Of a stretch of 64,000 nucleotides of DNA, positions 1 through 12,872 are shown piece after piece. The translations under genes were made by a program, and so were the position numbers. The notes under the pieces are model-generated. The model searched no databases. It saw only the letters and a program-made list of their open reading frames with translations, and had not been told where the DNA came from. The stretch's first letter is position 1. Every line of letters starts with the position of its first letter. Source of the DNA: Podarcis bocagei (lineage: Eukaryota). Location: the NCBI GenBank assembly GCA_964188305.1, contig OZ076896.1, one strand, 5' to 3'.

Positions 1-652
1 ACAAAAACCGACACCAGAACCAGAGGCACACAGAACGCCATCTCCAATCAACCACACCAGACCCAAACCCAGACCCTCTCCACAGATAAATTACAGACAC
101 CATCCAGTAGCCAAACCATAGTGGCACCTCCGGATGCTGCACCCCCCTGCAATCCCTACACAGATCTGGCTGGCACAGGGCACAAAACCACAGCTCGCCC
201 CTATACACGAAGCCAAGCCAGAGCACAACTAAGTGCAGTACAGCCATCTTCTCAGAAAAACTCTTCACTAGCTCAAGAGGTCAAGACACGAAAGCTTTAG
301 CAACTAATCCACACCTAATGACCCTCCTAAGTGGTACTCAGAATATCACTCAAGTAATCACTCAAGATATCCCTCAAGTAATTAATGAACAAAAGAAGAA
401 AAGGCACAATAACCTGGGAACTTCCTCTCTGCCCAGAACGTTGGAGGCTATACACCACACCCCTCAACAGTATTTATAGGAACTCAAACACTGAGATCCT
501 GCTCTGTTCTAGTAACAAGAAGCCGAAAACACCAGCCTGAAGATGACGAGTGAGACCTCGTCGAAACGTCGCCTAGACACCCCAACTCTTACACGGGAAG
601 ATACCCGAAGACACCAAAACCTGCATTCCTGTACCCGTGAAAATCTACGAAA

Positions 653-655
<3 letters not shown>
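1..655 (+). mobile_element. Penelope-like retroelement 3' end / pseudo-LTR (5' part outside window)
   Basis: Contains CTGAAGA-stem-GAAACGTC hammerhead-type core at 537-570 and ends in CCCGTGAAAATCTACGAAAGC before a microsatellite, resembling reptile Penelope termini (recalled, not searched). Confidence 0.65.
531..576 (+). ncRNA. Minimal type I hammerhead ribozyme (Penelope-associated)
   Basis: CUGAAGA core 537-543; stem II GACGAG (545-550)/CTCGTC (557-562) with 6-nt loop; GAAAC 563-567; GUC cleavage triplet 568-570. Confidence 0.65.

Positions 656-730
<75 letters not shown>
656..730. repeat. Compound (AT)n(AC)n microsatellite
   Basis: Read directly from sequence. Confidence 0.97.
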
Positions 731-896
731 GAAACGAAATTGCTATAATCCACTTGCTATTCTTCTTTCAAGGCAATAGGGGGCAGAGAATCAGTGCACC
801 AGCAACATGTGGTCAGTTTTCATGTTAGAAAGGAGTGAGGGATCCTCTTCCTTCTCAGAGGACAAAAAGGCAGTTAAAGCATTAAGAATCCTAATA

Positions 897-1122
897 CAGT
901 GGTACCTCGGGTTACATATGCTTCAGGTTACAGACTCCGCTAACTCAGAAATAGTGCTTCAGGTTAAGAACTTTGCTTCAGGATGAGAACAGAAATCGTG
1001 CTCCGGCGGCGCGGCAGCATCAGGAGACTCCATTAGCTAAAGTGGTGCTTCAGGTTAAGAACAGTTTCAGGTTAAGTATGGACCTCCGGAACGAATTAAG
1101 TATTTAACCCGAGGTACCACTG
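897..1122 (+). mobile_element. Tc1/mariner (pogo/Tigger-like) MITE, family A
   Basis: TIRs CAGTGGTACCTCGGGTTA / TAACCCGAGGTACCACTG flanked by TA; similar copies at 10547 and 51137. Confidence 0.88.
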
Positions 1123-1592
1123 TACACCAGCCAGAGTGTTTGAAATTAGCCAGGCGCCAAGTGAAGATGTGCGAGTGCCAGGAGAGCACCTGACATCTCC
1201 ACTGTCTGGAGGTGCATGCCTGGAGATCACTGCAACTTGACTGTTTCCACACACTAATACCACATCCTGTAGAATTCTATTGGCTATATTTTATCTGCAC
1301 AATCAGAATGAATTTCAGGAACCAAAATGCTTTTTCTGGGCAGCCTGAGGAGAGGCAGTAAACAATGTTATAGTTAATGGTTGTAGGTTGTCTTCGCTTA
1401 CCCCACCCCACTGCCTTGCTCAGTTGTGAAGTCGTCTTACATTATGAATGGTCTGTGTCGCCATTAAGAAAAAGGGGCAGGAATAGGCCAATATACATGT
1501 GGACTGCCCCTGGATAAAATGTCTTCTCTTTTTTTAATTTCTTAAAGCTCTTAACCTAGCTCATGAACTAGCCAGATGTTTAACTGATAATT

Positions 1593-1990
1593 AGGTAAAA
1601 GGGTAAAGGTAAAGGACCCCTGGACATTTTTTTAAAAGTCTTTCTTGTCAAAGGTGACTATGGGGTTTGCTGCTCATCTTGCTTGTAGCCAAGGGAGCTG
1701 GCGTTCGTCCACGGACAGCTTTCCGGGTCATGTGGCCAGCATGACTAAACCACTTCTGGCGGAACGGAACACCGTGATGGAAACCTGAGCACATGGAAAC
1801 GCAGTTTACCTTCCTGCTGCAGCGGTTACCTATTTATCTATTTGCACTGGTGTGCTTTTGAACTGCTAGCTTGGCAGGAGTTGGGACAATGACAGGTGCT
1901 CACCCCATTGCGCGGATTCGAACAGCCAACCATCTGATCGGCAAACCCAAGAGACTTAGTGGTTTAGATCACAGTGCCACCCATGTCCCT
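1593..1990 (-). mobile_element. Sauria SINE, full length
   Basis: Minus strand starts GGGACATGGGTGGCACTGTG and ends in ACCTTT-type tail; TSD ACTGATAATT at 1583-1592 and 1991-2000; homologous to copies at 33138 and 37501. Confidence 0.88.
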
Positions 1991-2054
1991 ACTGATAATT
2001 GCCTGATATTTTTTTCAAATGATGGACTGACTGTGATTAAGACTTTGGAATCGT

Positions 2055-2278
2055 AAGAAAAAAGGAGGTTATAAATTAGATAAAACTAAGAGTAAGGATT
2101 TGTTGAAACGAAAGTTTCAAAATGGGATGCAGAAAGGGGAGGTATGGGGAAGTCGGAGAAATAAGTTATAAGAAAACAAGGATATGAAATCATACTTATT
2201 TGTTTTTGTGTTTGTTTGTGTTGTTCTGTCTGTTTAAAAAATTGGTGAAAATTGAATAAAAATTTTATATATAAAAAA
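2055..2278 (+). mobile_element. 5'-truncated L1-type retroposed insertion (3'UTR fragment with polyA signal and A tail)
   Basis: 16-bp TSD AAGACTTTGGAATCGT at 2039-2054 and 2279-2294; AATAAA then A-rich tail; TT|AAGA target resembles L1 endonuclease consensus. Confidence 0.75.
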
Positions 2279-2445
2279 AAGACTTTGGAATCGTTTTGCC
2301 CCCAAATTACTACTAGACATTCCGTTTTGGCAACTGAAGCCTTGGTTTCAGGAGCTATTGGGCACCTAGCTTTTATATCTTGAGTTTCTAACACTGCGGC
2401 CACATACCAATGACACAGAAGAAAATATAGCATTTTTGTGTTAAT

Positions 2446-2566
2446 ATAGAATCACAGAATTGTACAGTTGGCAGGGACCCCGAAGGTCATCTAGTTCAAC
2501 CTCCTGCGATGCAGAAATCTTAACTAAAGCATCCATGATAAATGACCATCTAGCCACTGCTTAAAC
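2446..2566 (-). mobile_element. CR1 LINE 3' end fragment
   Basis: ATAGAATCACAGAATT...GGTCATCTAGTTCAACC is the reverse complement of the CR1 3' stem-loop/ATTCTRTG tail; boundaries approximate. Confidence 0.7.
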
Positions 2567-2972
2567 TAGTCCTCTTTACAGAGAAAGCATGGAAAAACAA
2601 ACTTGCATTGCCTTATGTTAAATACAAACTGACAGTTTTACCATAGCCAAAAAAGATAGAGGACACCACTGTTACAGAGAAACTGAAGAACAAGCGTGAA
2701 TAGCCAGACCACTGCAAAAGAAAACTGATTTTTGGAAACATGGGCCAAATTCCTAAAGTACACTAGAAGTACAGGAATTGATTCTATCTTCAAAGCAACA
2801 CAGTAGATTAAATTAACTGGGAAAGTAAACAGAAAAAAAAAGTTTAAGCCTACAGTGGGTTACTTTTGTTTCTTGTTATTAAAGCAAACAAGGAATCTCC
2901 CTCATGTTAGAGTATTTCAGTCAAGAAGGCCACCGACAACTGTAACTTACTCGGAGTATTAATTGAATGTGT

Positions 2973-2978
2973 TTTATT
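2973..2978 (-). terminator. SUB1: Candidate SUB1 polyadenylation signal AATAAA
   Basis: TTTATT on plus strand about 225 nt beyond the stop codon; more distal sites may also be used. Confidence 0.55.
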
Positions 2979-3202
2979 TTACACCCTGATGTGAGAACAT
3001 AACACCTGTTTAATAAAAGTATACACATTTGTAACTTCACCCAGAATACACTTTTAATGCACATTAAAAAAAGCGCTCATCTTACAAATTGTTTTGCAAT
3101 CCAAATATACAATAGCTTGGAAAACAAATAGTTTAGAAAATGAATGCCAATGTAAAAAGACTACTGAAACCTATAACAGTAGAGTTTCTGTATGGCTCAT
3201 CT

Positions 3203-3282
3203 TTACAGTTTTCTTACTGCTTCATCAATATCAGTAATCTGTTCCTTCAACTGGCTCCACTGTTCTGGATTTAGAGAGATAC
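3203..3282 (-). CDS. SUB1: SUB1/PC4 exon 5 (last coding): [26 protein letters not shown]
   Basis: Acceptor tttag at 3283-3284, phase 1 matches exon 4, TAA at 3203-3205; matches the PC4 C-terminal helix. Confidence 0.97.
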
Positions 3283-4631
3283 CTAAAGTAAACCAAAACA
3301 AATCCTTGGAGGTTATTACAAATTCACATTTATGCTATAAACACACTTACGCAACTGCAGAATTCACAATGCAGAGATGCTTCAAGAGAACCTCAACTTT
3401 TGTATTAAAAAATGCAGATTTGAGGACAAGGAACTTGAAAGGTAGGATCTCAGAAGAGTTGGGGGGTCAAGGGCAATCAGCGCCTCTATGATCCAAGTCA
3501 AAATTTATGCAGTACAAAGTAGATAATCCCTCTTCAGGAATTCTACCAAGCCAAGTATTTACGCAAGACCAGAGAAACAAGTTACCTGGAAGTCACTCTT
3601 GACATGGTTCACTTGTAACATTATACACAGCAGAGCTTGTTGTAGTTAAGACTTCAAACACTCATCAAAATGTTACTTGCAGTTTCTCAGCCCAGTTTAA
3701 AAGTGCCTAGATATTAACAGCCACAGAATATTAAAGCAGATACATACCTAAGCCTCAAAGGCCTTAAAAGCTGGAGGGGTTGTGACATGCTGATTCAGCA
3801 CACTGTTACCATCCAAACAACAGACTGAAAGATTAGTAGGACCAGTACTGACAGTACAATCCAAACAAACGGCTATTCAAGGAACTTTGTCTCCTTTTGA
3901 CCTACTTGTTTCCTGCTCTTTGAATGGAAACCACACAGAGTGCAAACAGTATGACCAGGAAGGGCATACAGGACAGATATGCAAGTCAGCCTGCCCATTT
4001 ATTTGCATTCTATGATCAGAATCATTTATTTATTTTTGTATTTCAGTAGGCATAGCTAGAGCACAGATCAGCTGAAAGTCTTGCACAGACAGTTTAAGGA
4101 TCTACAAGACTGCATGATGTTCTTTCCTTTCTCACCTGCTCAGGCCTGGCATCACCTAGGATTTCTGTCAACAGGATCAAAACAAAACAAAACTGAACGC
4201 AGCTCAAAATTCACTTTGAGAACTTTGAGTTATATGCAATGCCAAAACATCATTGGGTGGGGATGCAAGGGAATGTGTGCAAAATGAGAGGCAGGTAAGC
4301 CAATAACCTAACAAACCTGAATGGGCACCAGAACTGCTGGGGCCAGAGAAACAGGAACCTCCAAATAGGTCTATGTCCAACCTGTCTGTATCTACTTTGA
4401 GGGTAGGCAAACCAAGAGCAGGGAAACAAAGGAATGTTTGGTTGCGTTCAGATTGGCCACTTCACACAAACTAGTTAAATATAGTGTGACTGAATGTGAA
4501 AAAGGACAGAATCTGTATGCCTTTAGGAGCTGTGTAGAACAGGGAATTTTGGTAGATGTGTCTTGCTATGTCGTGTCTGGTATATCTAAGTAATACTGAT
4601 GATGTGGAAGAATGGACTGTACTCCCAATCC

Positions 4632-4745
4632 TTTATTATTCTGTTGGGAGCCGCCCAGAGTGGCTGGGGAAACCCAGCCATATGGGCATGGTATAAATAA
4701 TATATTATTATTAATTATTATTACTACTACTACTATTATTACTAC
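4632..4745 (+). mobile_element. L2-type LINE 3' terminus with (TAT/TAC)n tail
   Basis: GGGAGCCGCCCAGAGTGGCTGGGGAAACCCAGCC...GGTATAAATAA matches the 3' ends of elements at 36496 and 38150. Confidence 0.7.
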
Positions 4746-4853
4746 ACCTAGTTACCCTGACTTAGATGTTTAGGTATGGGGCCCAAGAACTCATTATAGT
4801 GCATAACGTATTAGCAAAAACTGTAGTCACCATGCAGACAACATAAGAATTAC

Positions 4854-4962
4854 CTTTTCTGCCAGGTTTCATTTCACCTTCTTGATCCATCCAGTATTCT
4901 CTAATATCAATTAGGACTTTACCTTTAAAATCACGAACACTGACATATCTCATTTTACCAAT
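4854..4962 (-). CDS. SUB1: SUB1/PC4 exon 4: [36 protein letters not shown](G)
   Basis: ssDNA-binding PC4 domain; gacag acceptor, AAG|gtaatt donor; 109 nt. Confidence 0.98.
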
Positions 4963-5540
4963 CTGTCAACAAATTAGAGAACTAAATCATTATTTCACCA
5001 AACACATGATACAGCTCTTCAAGCACTATTAAGGTCTTGTGTATGATACAAAGACTAGAGTTTATTTTAGAGATTATGGGATCAAATGTTTCTTCTCAGT
5101 GAAATCTCTTACAACTAACAAGCAATGACAGCTCGAAGAGACAGGAGAAGCCAAATCTTTCTGCAGAAGTTATTGCTAAACCAAACTGATTTATTTCCTT
5201 TTTCTCAGAAGCGTGCTTTTTTAATAGAAATATTGTCAAGGAATATAAAAAAACCTCAATCACCTTCAGCCCTTTACTAATGAGGACGAAATCATCATCC
5301 TAGCCTTGGGCTTTCAGAAATATGAATCCACATTCAAATTGAAAAATAGGGTAGATACGCACAAGTTCAGTAAATTTTGATCTTCAAACTTATGCATATG
5401 TGAGATTATGATTAGCATCTGGAAGTAACCTTAAATGAAAGGCAATTAAGCTGATTTCCATTTCACCAAGAACAGCAAGGTATGAAAAAAGGAAAAACAT
5501 ATACATTACATTATTAGAATATGCTATTGTAAACCAAGTA

Positions 5541-5762
5541 CAGTCGTACCTCTTTTTGCGTCCGAGATCTGTTCCGGAACCCCGGACACTTGACGAAAGG
5601 GATGCTCGACAGAGCGTCGCTCTGCGCATGTGCGAAGTGCAATTTAGCACTGCTGCATGTGTGGCAAACCCGGAAGTAACCCGTTCTGGTACTTCTGGGT
5701 TTGCTGCAGACGTTCGATGAAATGGACCCTAAACGGGGCAGACTCAAAATGAGGTACAACTG
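5541..5762. mobile_element. Tc1/mariner (Tigger-like) MITE, related family
   Basis: TIRs CAGTCGTACCTC / GAGGTACAACTG with TA flanks on both sides. Confidence 0.8.
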
Positions 5763-7357
5763 TACAGTGAAAATGTGCTAGGCTCCAACTAGAGGCCTAT
5801 ATTTAGCTTAGGACACCAAACCATTATGCAAGCAGTTTCAAGATTAGTGTTCAGGTTGCACCATCAAGAGAAAAAAAGATTCCGAAAGCATTAAAGCAGG
5901 AAACTGCAGCCTGCAGAACGCTAGTTAGAAAAATTGATAGCAGCTGATACTCTCAGAAGCCTAGCTCAAAAAGAAGTACAGTGAACCATATTTTTAAAAA
6001 ATATGGTGCAACAGTTTTGGTCAAGGATATTACACTAAGTGCACCGAGATGCAAAAGCACCTTCCTATAATTCTAAAATTACTAAACTGTCTGAAGACCC
6101 CAAAAAATGCCATACATATTTGCAGGATTGAATAGCTTCTGTATCTGTTGTATTTCAAAGGATTACCAAAATCTCTACCACTGAAGATGTCAAGAACATC
6201 TTGGATGTGCCTTGGCTATCAATAGTATAATCTTAATATATTTTGCAATGCGAGGAGTAACATCTGAAATGTTTTTAAATGTTGACTCCTATGTGCTTAA
6301 GAGTTTCAACATAGACAACTAAGTTCCATTAGCTCAGGCCTCCTCACTTGCTATAATCTTCCCTTTTCTGCATGCAGCAACATCTCAATCCCATGCAAAT
6401 GGCCCATGACCACTGAACAGGACTTTGAAACACACAGTTCCTGCCCATAGGCAAAATTTCCTACACGTAGCCCACTACCTCCACTTCTCTAACCCGCCCC
6501 CCCCCCCGTCTCTGCTCCTTATTTGCCATCCTCACCAGCACCCCCAGACACTTCAATTACTTTCCACTCTCAGAGTAAACATGTAGAACCAATGGGGGAA
6601 AAACTCCATGCAAAATGTTATTATAACAGTAATTTGCTTAAGATCACCCAACAAGTTCCTAGTTCTACTGTAATTTGAAGCAAAAAGTTCCTGGTTTAAC
6701 CAGAATACTGCTTGTCCAAAGTAGTACAAGAATGAATAATTACAAAATCAAGCTTTCTAAACTGCATACCTTTAATTAAGAACACTCTTCAACCTTTCAC
6801 GCTTGCTGCATAAGCAACTATCGGATCACACTACAGATAGTAGTGTTAAACATAACACAGACCATCTGGGATCCAGTAATCTTCATTTATTTGGCAACAG
6901 ATCAGATGTACCATTCAAGTACGATTTTCAACATTTCCTTTCGGATTAAAGTTCAGTATAGTTTTTGTGTGAGCATCGCACGGGCATGGACTAGTTCCTC
7001 AGTGAGGCAGAATTTAATGTGCTTTCTACTCATGTCATTCATAGACAAGCTAAGATGATTTGACATATCTGTGCCAGTCAAATTAAAATTGCTCCCATCT
7101 TTCAGTCCAGTAGCTCCCAGCAAGCAAGGCCACCAAACCCACAGACAGGAAAATACTGTTGCTTGGGGAAGTTCAGCTTCCTTCCTGACCCGCTACTGAC
7201 TGATCCTAAACAAAATCAATTTTACTTCTCCAGCTCTCCTACTTCACACCACTCCCTTTGTGTTACTGACGCTGACTAGTAGTGGGAAAACTGTTTCTGC
7301 AAGAACATAAAGCTTCTGAGTCCATATAGCTTTTCTTTAGATGAAGGTCAGTATACT

Positions 7358-7410
7358 AATATAATATAATATAATATAATATAATATAATATAATATAAT
7401 ATAATATAAT
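7358..7410. repeat. (ATAAT)n pentanucleotide microsatellite
   Basis: Read directly from sequence. Confidence 0.95.
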
Positions 7411-7643
7411 AAATAGCAGTTTAGGAAAGCTACAACTAAATCTGTTTGCCAATGCTTGTGTACTAGATGCTTGTAAATGGGTTTAGCACACTGTCGTCTT
7501 AAGGATTCCAATCTTGCAAAGTTATGAAAACAGAACACTGGCTTTATTTATTTTCCTGATGATGACAGGTAAAATTAATGTACAACCCACAGCACAAGAA
7601 CCGGGGATCCCACCAACTACTCAAAGTAAGAGCCACTAGTTAC

Positions 7644-7763
7644 CTGAAACATATTCTCATCTCTGTTGCTACTTTGCTTGGAGGAGGCGGCACCTTTGGA
7701 GCTTTCACCAGTCTTCTGTTTCTTCACAGGCTTTTCAGGCACGGCTTGTTTTTTCCTTTTCAC
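7644..7763 (-). CDS. SUB1: SUB1/PC4 exon 3: [40 protein letters not shown]
   Basis: Lys-rich region; tcaag acceptor, CAG|gtaact donor; 120 nt, phase 0/0. Confidence 0.97.
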
Positions 7764-9799
7764 CTTGACATTTAAAAATCAAAGTGAATTAAGAACCTAC
7801 TGGAGAAGTAGTAGTTTCAAGTTTACACCAATATGTCTCTCCTCCGTCCCCCACAACAGTGTAGGAAGAGTGTTCAAATGTACTCAATATTTGATCAGAG
7901 AAAGCCCCAGAAAACCATTTAACAAAAAAGTACCCATGTTCACAGGGAAGACACAATACTGACATACAAAGAACAATTTTACTAAGTAAAAGCTACATTT
8001 TTCTCATTGTGGGAAACGAAACCATTTTTTATCAAGGTTTGATGCAGGCCTTAAAAGGAAAAAGAAACCTTATTTGCATCACTGCATACTTACAATATAA
8101 CCACGTTAAAGTTGCATCTACAGAAGGCCAGATAAAATCAATGTGAAACTGCAGCAAACTCTCAGAACAGTCTTGAATGGGGTCAATTGGCTTTGCTTTG
8201 TATTGTATTGAGAAACTTCCTGAGTTTGTTTACTCCAGTATCTCGCTCTAGATAACTTGGGCTTTCCATCTCCACCAGAAACTGTGTAAATCCAGGAATT
8301 CCCTTAATGTTTGGCAAACTGTCTTGGTAAACAATAGGCACTTCCCTTCAATAGAAGTGTTGTTTGTACCAGCAGCTAGGATATCAACTTACAAATGAAA
8401 ATGTAAACTCCCTTATGATTAACTGGATCAAAGAGATGCAAAATAACATTGCAAAATAATGTATGCAACTTTCTACAACATAATGTATAAAAGACTGAGG
8501 GCTGGCAATACCAGACTCGACAGCACTTGAAACCACAGCTCAAAAATGTTGCCCTTTCTGTTCTATCTTCTGTGACAAAGGCCAAACCAAGATCCCAATT
8601 CATTTGTGCTCAAAAGCTCCTCAAGCTATTTGACCCCGCCCTGATCTATGCTGCCAATCCTGAATACCTCAAGTCCACAAAAAATGGGCCACTAACCAAA
8701 AGAATATTAGTTGCAGGTACATAGGGAATTGCTTAAAAAATATTTAGATGAAAAGCCAAATTCACCTAATTGCAAAATTCTGTGGCCTAGGGGCAGAATG
8801 AGGGGATTTGAATGCATAGCCTGGTGCACTTACATTCTACTGGTACAACAAAAACACCTTTGTGAAATTCTCCAAGTACAGCCAAGTAGCTGAGAGAAGA
8901 ATCAGGCCATGGGCGGGATGGAATCCTGCTCAGAGATGACATTTCAGGACCAAGCTAGATGTTGATCATTTGAACATTAAGGTTAACAGTTTGCTGTTCA
9001 GAACATTTATCTGCAAGCTAGAGGGATCCATTCTTTCCAAGATTTAGTGGTAAACACTTCTATATCAGTTATGCTTCTCCATTTCCCCTCATCAGCAAGT
9101 GGGTAAAGCACCACAAATTAGTAAATATGCAGATGGTAAAGTTCTTTAAAATGTGAAGTAACTATACGTCAACATTTTGAGAAACAGCAACTGGGCTAGT
9201 ACTTACCCCTTAATCACCAAAAAAAATAAAAAATCCCTGAGAGATTCATTCTTCCCCCACTTTACTGACTATGCTTGCTAAAAAAAGCATTCAGCTACAA
9301 GAGAGCTATGCAATCTTCTACATGCTTAACTAGGTCCTAAATACCAGTTTAAGTGGAACTTGAAAAAGAAAAGTGCCCAGAATTGTGGGTGTACTTGAAA
9401 TGAAAAGTCTTAAAGGGTCATTGCCTTAAAATAGGTTGATGTATTTAAAAAATACAAACAGAATAAAAAATGAACAAGTGCTGATCAAGATATCCATTCT
9501 GATCCAAATATTCCATAACTTTAAAATGAAATAAAAAATCATGAGTAGCACAAGTATGCCCTCAAAAGACTGACTCAATTCAAGAGAAGTGCATTTTAAT
9601 TATCTTTTTAAGAACAAGGAAAGTAGATTTGTAAAATCAGCTCCCCTGTAAATCTATTTATTTTATACCTTTATGGCTTTTTTAGGCATACATGCAAGTC
9701 TTAGCCATTTATATGGCTCTCTGTATAAGTAGAAAGCATAAACTCTAAAATTAGTTTCTGGGTGGCTTATGCCACTGTTTTATTCTTGCTCAATATTTT

Positions 9800-9825
9800 G
9801 TGTGTGTGTATATATATATATATAT

Positions 9826-9856
<31 letters not shown>
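9800..9856. repeat. Compound (GT)n(AT)n(AG)n microsatellite
   Basis: Read directly; lies just inside SUB1 intron 2 near the donor. Confidence 0.95.
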
Positions 9857-9871
9857 ATGAGAATGAATCAC

Positions 9872-9943
9872 CTTTTTGTCAACTTCACTGTCCGAATCAC
9901 TGGCAGATGAGCTTGAAGACACAAGTTCTTTTGATTTCGGCAT
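9872..9943 (-). CDS. SUB1: SUB1/PC4 exon 2, first coding: MPKSKELVSSSSSASDSDSEVDKK
   Basis: ATG at 9943-9941, one nt after the ttag acceptor; AAG|gtgatt donor; total CDS 72+120+109+80=381 nt = 126 aa plus stop. Confidence 0.97.
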
Positions 9944-10546
9944 TCTAAGAAGGAAAGAAATGTTGTTGTTTTAAAAAAAGCTTCATACACTAAGTGATTG
10001 TTAGAATTTCACACCCCCTCCCATCAAGCAATCTCCTCCATCATTGTCATTTCACACACAACTGCTCTGAAGTTCCACTGAAATTAAATGGGCTTCAAAG
10101 TAATATTTAAGAATTGGGATACGAGCCATATCTTGGCATTGGGCTTACCATTGGGGAAAAGTGGCAGTAGGGATACATAATAAATGACTATGGAGAGAAA
10201 CACAAAATGCTTGGTTGTTAGGTAGCTTCGATTTTAAATAGGGTTAACTGATGTCCTCTCTGCTTCTGAGACAGTGAATGAGACCCATATAGGATGTTAC
10301 TTTATCTGAAATCAATAGTATTAACACCTTGCAATCCTATCCAACTGTTGTTTGAAGCATATATACTGTTATAGTCTGATAGAGCTGAACTTATTCTTCT
10401 GTTAGAGCAAAGGCAGAGAGATGGATATGACTTGCATGGAGAAACAGTAGGGATCAGGTTACTTTAGACCTTCTGAAACAACGTAGCAAGTAAGAGACAG
10501 CAGTAGGTAAAAATGTATTTGTTTTAGAAGAGAGCAAACGCCTGTA

Positions 10547-10748
10547 CGGTGGTACCTCGGTCCGTTCTTAACCTGAAACTGTTCTTAACCTGAAGCATCA
10601 CTTTAGCTAATGGGGCCTCCTGCTGCCGCCGCGCCGCCGGAGCACGATTTCTGTTCTCATACTGAAGCAAAGTTCTTAACTCGGGGACTATTTCTGGGTT
10701 AGCGGAGTCTGTAACCTGAAGCTTGCTAAAAAACCTGAGGTACCACTG
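10547..10748 (-). mobile_element. Tc1/mariner MITE family A (inverted, small internal deletion)
   Basis: CGGTGGTACCTCGG / GAGGTACCACTG termini with TA flanks; reverse complement of 897-1122. Confidence 0.85.
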
Positions 10749-12872
10749 TATTTTCAAGGATTGTGAGGAAGCTGCTCCGCCTCACAGGTGGTAAGGTTTA
10801 ATAGTAAATAATGCACTCAGGCAAAGCTGGGGTGTTATGTACAAATCCTAACAAGATGTGGCAGAGTACAGAATGTATCACACCTTTGAATAAATGCTTT
10901 TGCTTATGAGTGAAGCTGAAAAAATGTTCTACAAAATCTAAGTGATAATTTGTAAGTGGCTTGACAGAACTGATGGATATGTTCTGTGAAATACCAATTT
11001 GTTATTCCAGTTTCAGAATGAAACAAAATGGCTGTGTTCTAACTCTACCGCTGGAGGCAAGATGCCTCTGAATATAAACTGCAAGGAAATTCATCACAAG
11101 TGCATCAGGTGCTGCTTGCGGTTTTCCCACAGGCATCTGGTTGTCCACTGGGATAACAGGATACTGGGCTGGATGAGCCTTTGGTCTGATCCAGCAGACA
11201 TCACCTTATGTTGCCCTACATATATCAGTTATCAGGAATTCTTCCCACTTAACCCTTTAAAGAACCTCTGGCTCTCTCTCTCTAGGCAAGGCGTTGGCTT
11301 CCGATTCCAGCTCCAAAAGATAACACATGGGAGAAAAAAACAAAGCAGTTAAATATGCAGCTTCATCAGAGATCATACAGCTTTTCTCCAGGTAAGTATA
11401 TTTGCTTGACCATACCACACCAATGACATGTTTAACTTCTCAGAAAAATTAAAACAAGCAGGCTTCAGGTGCTTCACTTGGGCAATTAAGGGGAAAGGCA
11501 TTTATTATGTTTATTATATCCAACCTTTCTTCCATCACAAATTTATTGTGGTATAAATTTGAATGAAATATAAGAAACATAGGAAATGGCAGGTGGAAGT
11601 AATAATAATAATAATTTATTATTACGGTCAGACCAGCTTGTAAGGAATAAAAAGTAGTAAAATAGCCAGAGCCCAGCAGTTTAAATGCAAATGGGAATAC
11701 CATATCAAGGCAATTAAAATGGATTAAAAAATAGGAAGAGACAAACACTAGAAATAAAGATATGGAGGGCAGTATAAAGAAGACAGGTAGATCCCTGGAT
11801 ATTACAAGGGAGGAGTCCTGGGGGCAGGAAGATTAACAGGATAGGCATACTGAGAGAAGAGGGTCAAGACTGAAAAATGCAACTGGTATTCTTGGGAGGG
11901 GGGAGATGCAGAGTATAGGGTTATGTTTAACAGAAACCTACCCACCAATGTCTGGGATAGCACAGCCCCGTCATTAATAAATACCTCTGGTTTAAGAAGA
12001 AATCTGCCAACCTATGTTGCACCACTACAGGCTTTCACACTAGCTTACCCAACTAAATAAAAATCCCCGTATTTGTTGGCCTCGATTTATTTGCAGAAAC
12101 ATCTGAGACCCACCCCCATGACGACAGAATGTCTGTAAGTAACACGCTTGTGTTACATCCCGTCTTTCTGGATTCAGAGGCATGTGCTACAGCCATACTG
12201 TATATGAGTTTCTCTCACTGTATGAACTGTGAAGGTACAGTGAGAACTTTACGTGCTGTTACCATTTAATTCACCAAGATTTTCAAAAGAGCAAAAGGGA
12301 AGAGAATTTGGGAGGAGAGAGGTGATGGCAAGATGAGCATATAGACCTGTGTCTATAGACTAAAGAGGAGAGGGAGCCAACAGATGTAGTGCAGCTCCAT
12401 GTGTAAATGTAGAAGGAAAATGAACTTGGAATAGGCTAAAATGTGACTAAGCCCATGGTTACAAGCAATACATCATTACTGTATGTAGAGTGCCATCCCA
12501 CACCTTATGTTCTGATACTGCTCCAAATTGGGGGCAACAGACCAGGGGGCAGGCTTGGCTCTGCCATTGACTTGCTGAGCTTCTTGGTGCCTCAAGTCCT
12601 GTGCCACATGGGGCACCCAAGGGACAAAATGGCCACTCAAGAGGCGGAGGATTGAACAGGAAGGTGAGGCTACAACACAGGAAAAAGCAGATGGCGGGTC
12701 ACTTAAAATGCAGAGAGCGCGTCACTGTTGGGGCCAAGGTATCCTAGAAGGTGCCATGGTTTTGTTGGGGGGGGGGTGTCCCTTCATTTGAGCAAAAGGA
12801 GAGACAGTGCAGCCCAAGGCCCCAGTAACACCCATGGAGAGGAAATGCGGGAGAGGAGCAGGTTGCCAGAAA

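Noticed and set aside
509-779. ORFs with IYIYIY/THTHTH runs
   Set aside because: Translations of the microsatellite.
5278-5295. CTAATGAGGACGAAATC resembling a hammerhead core
   Set aside because: CUGA is mutated and there is no stem II.
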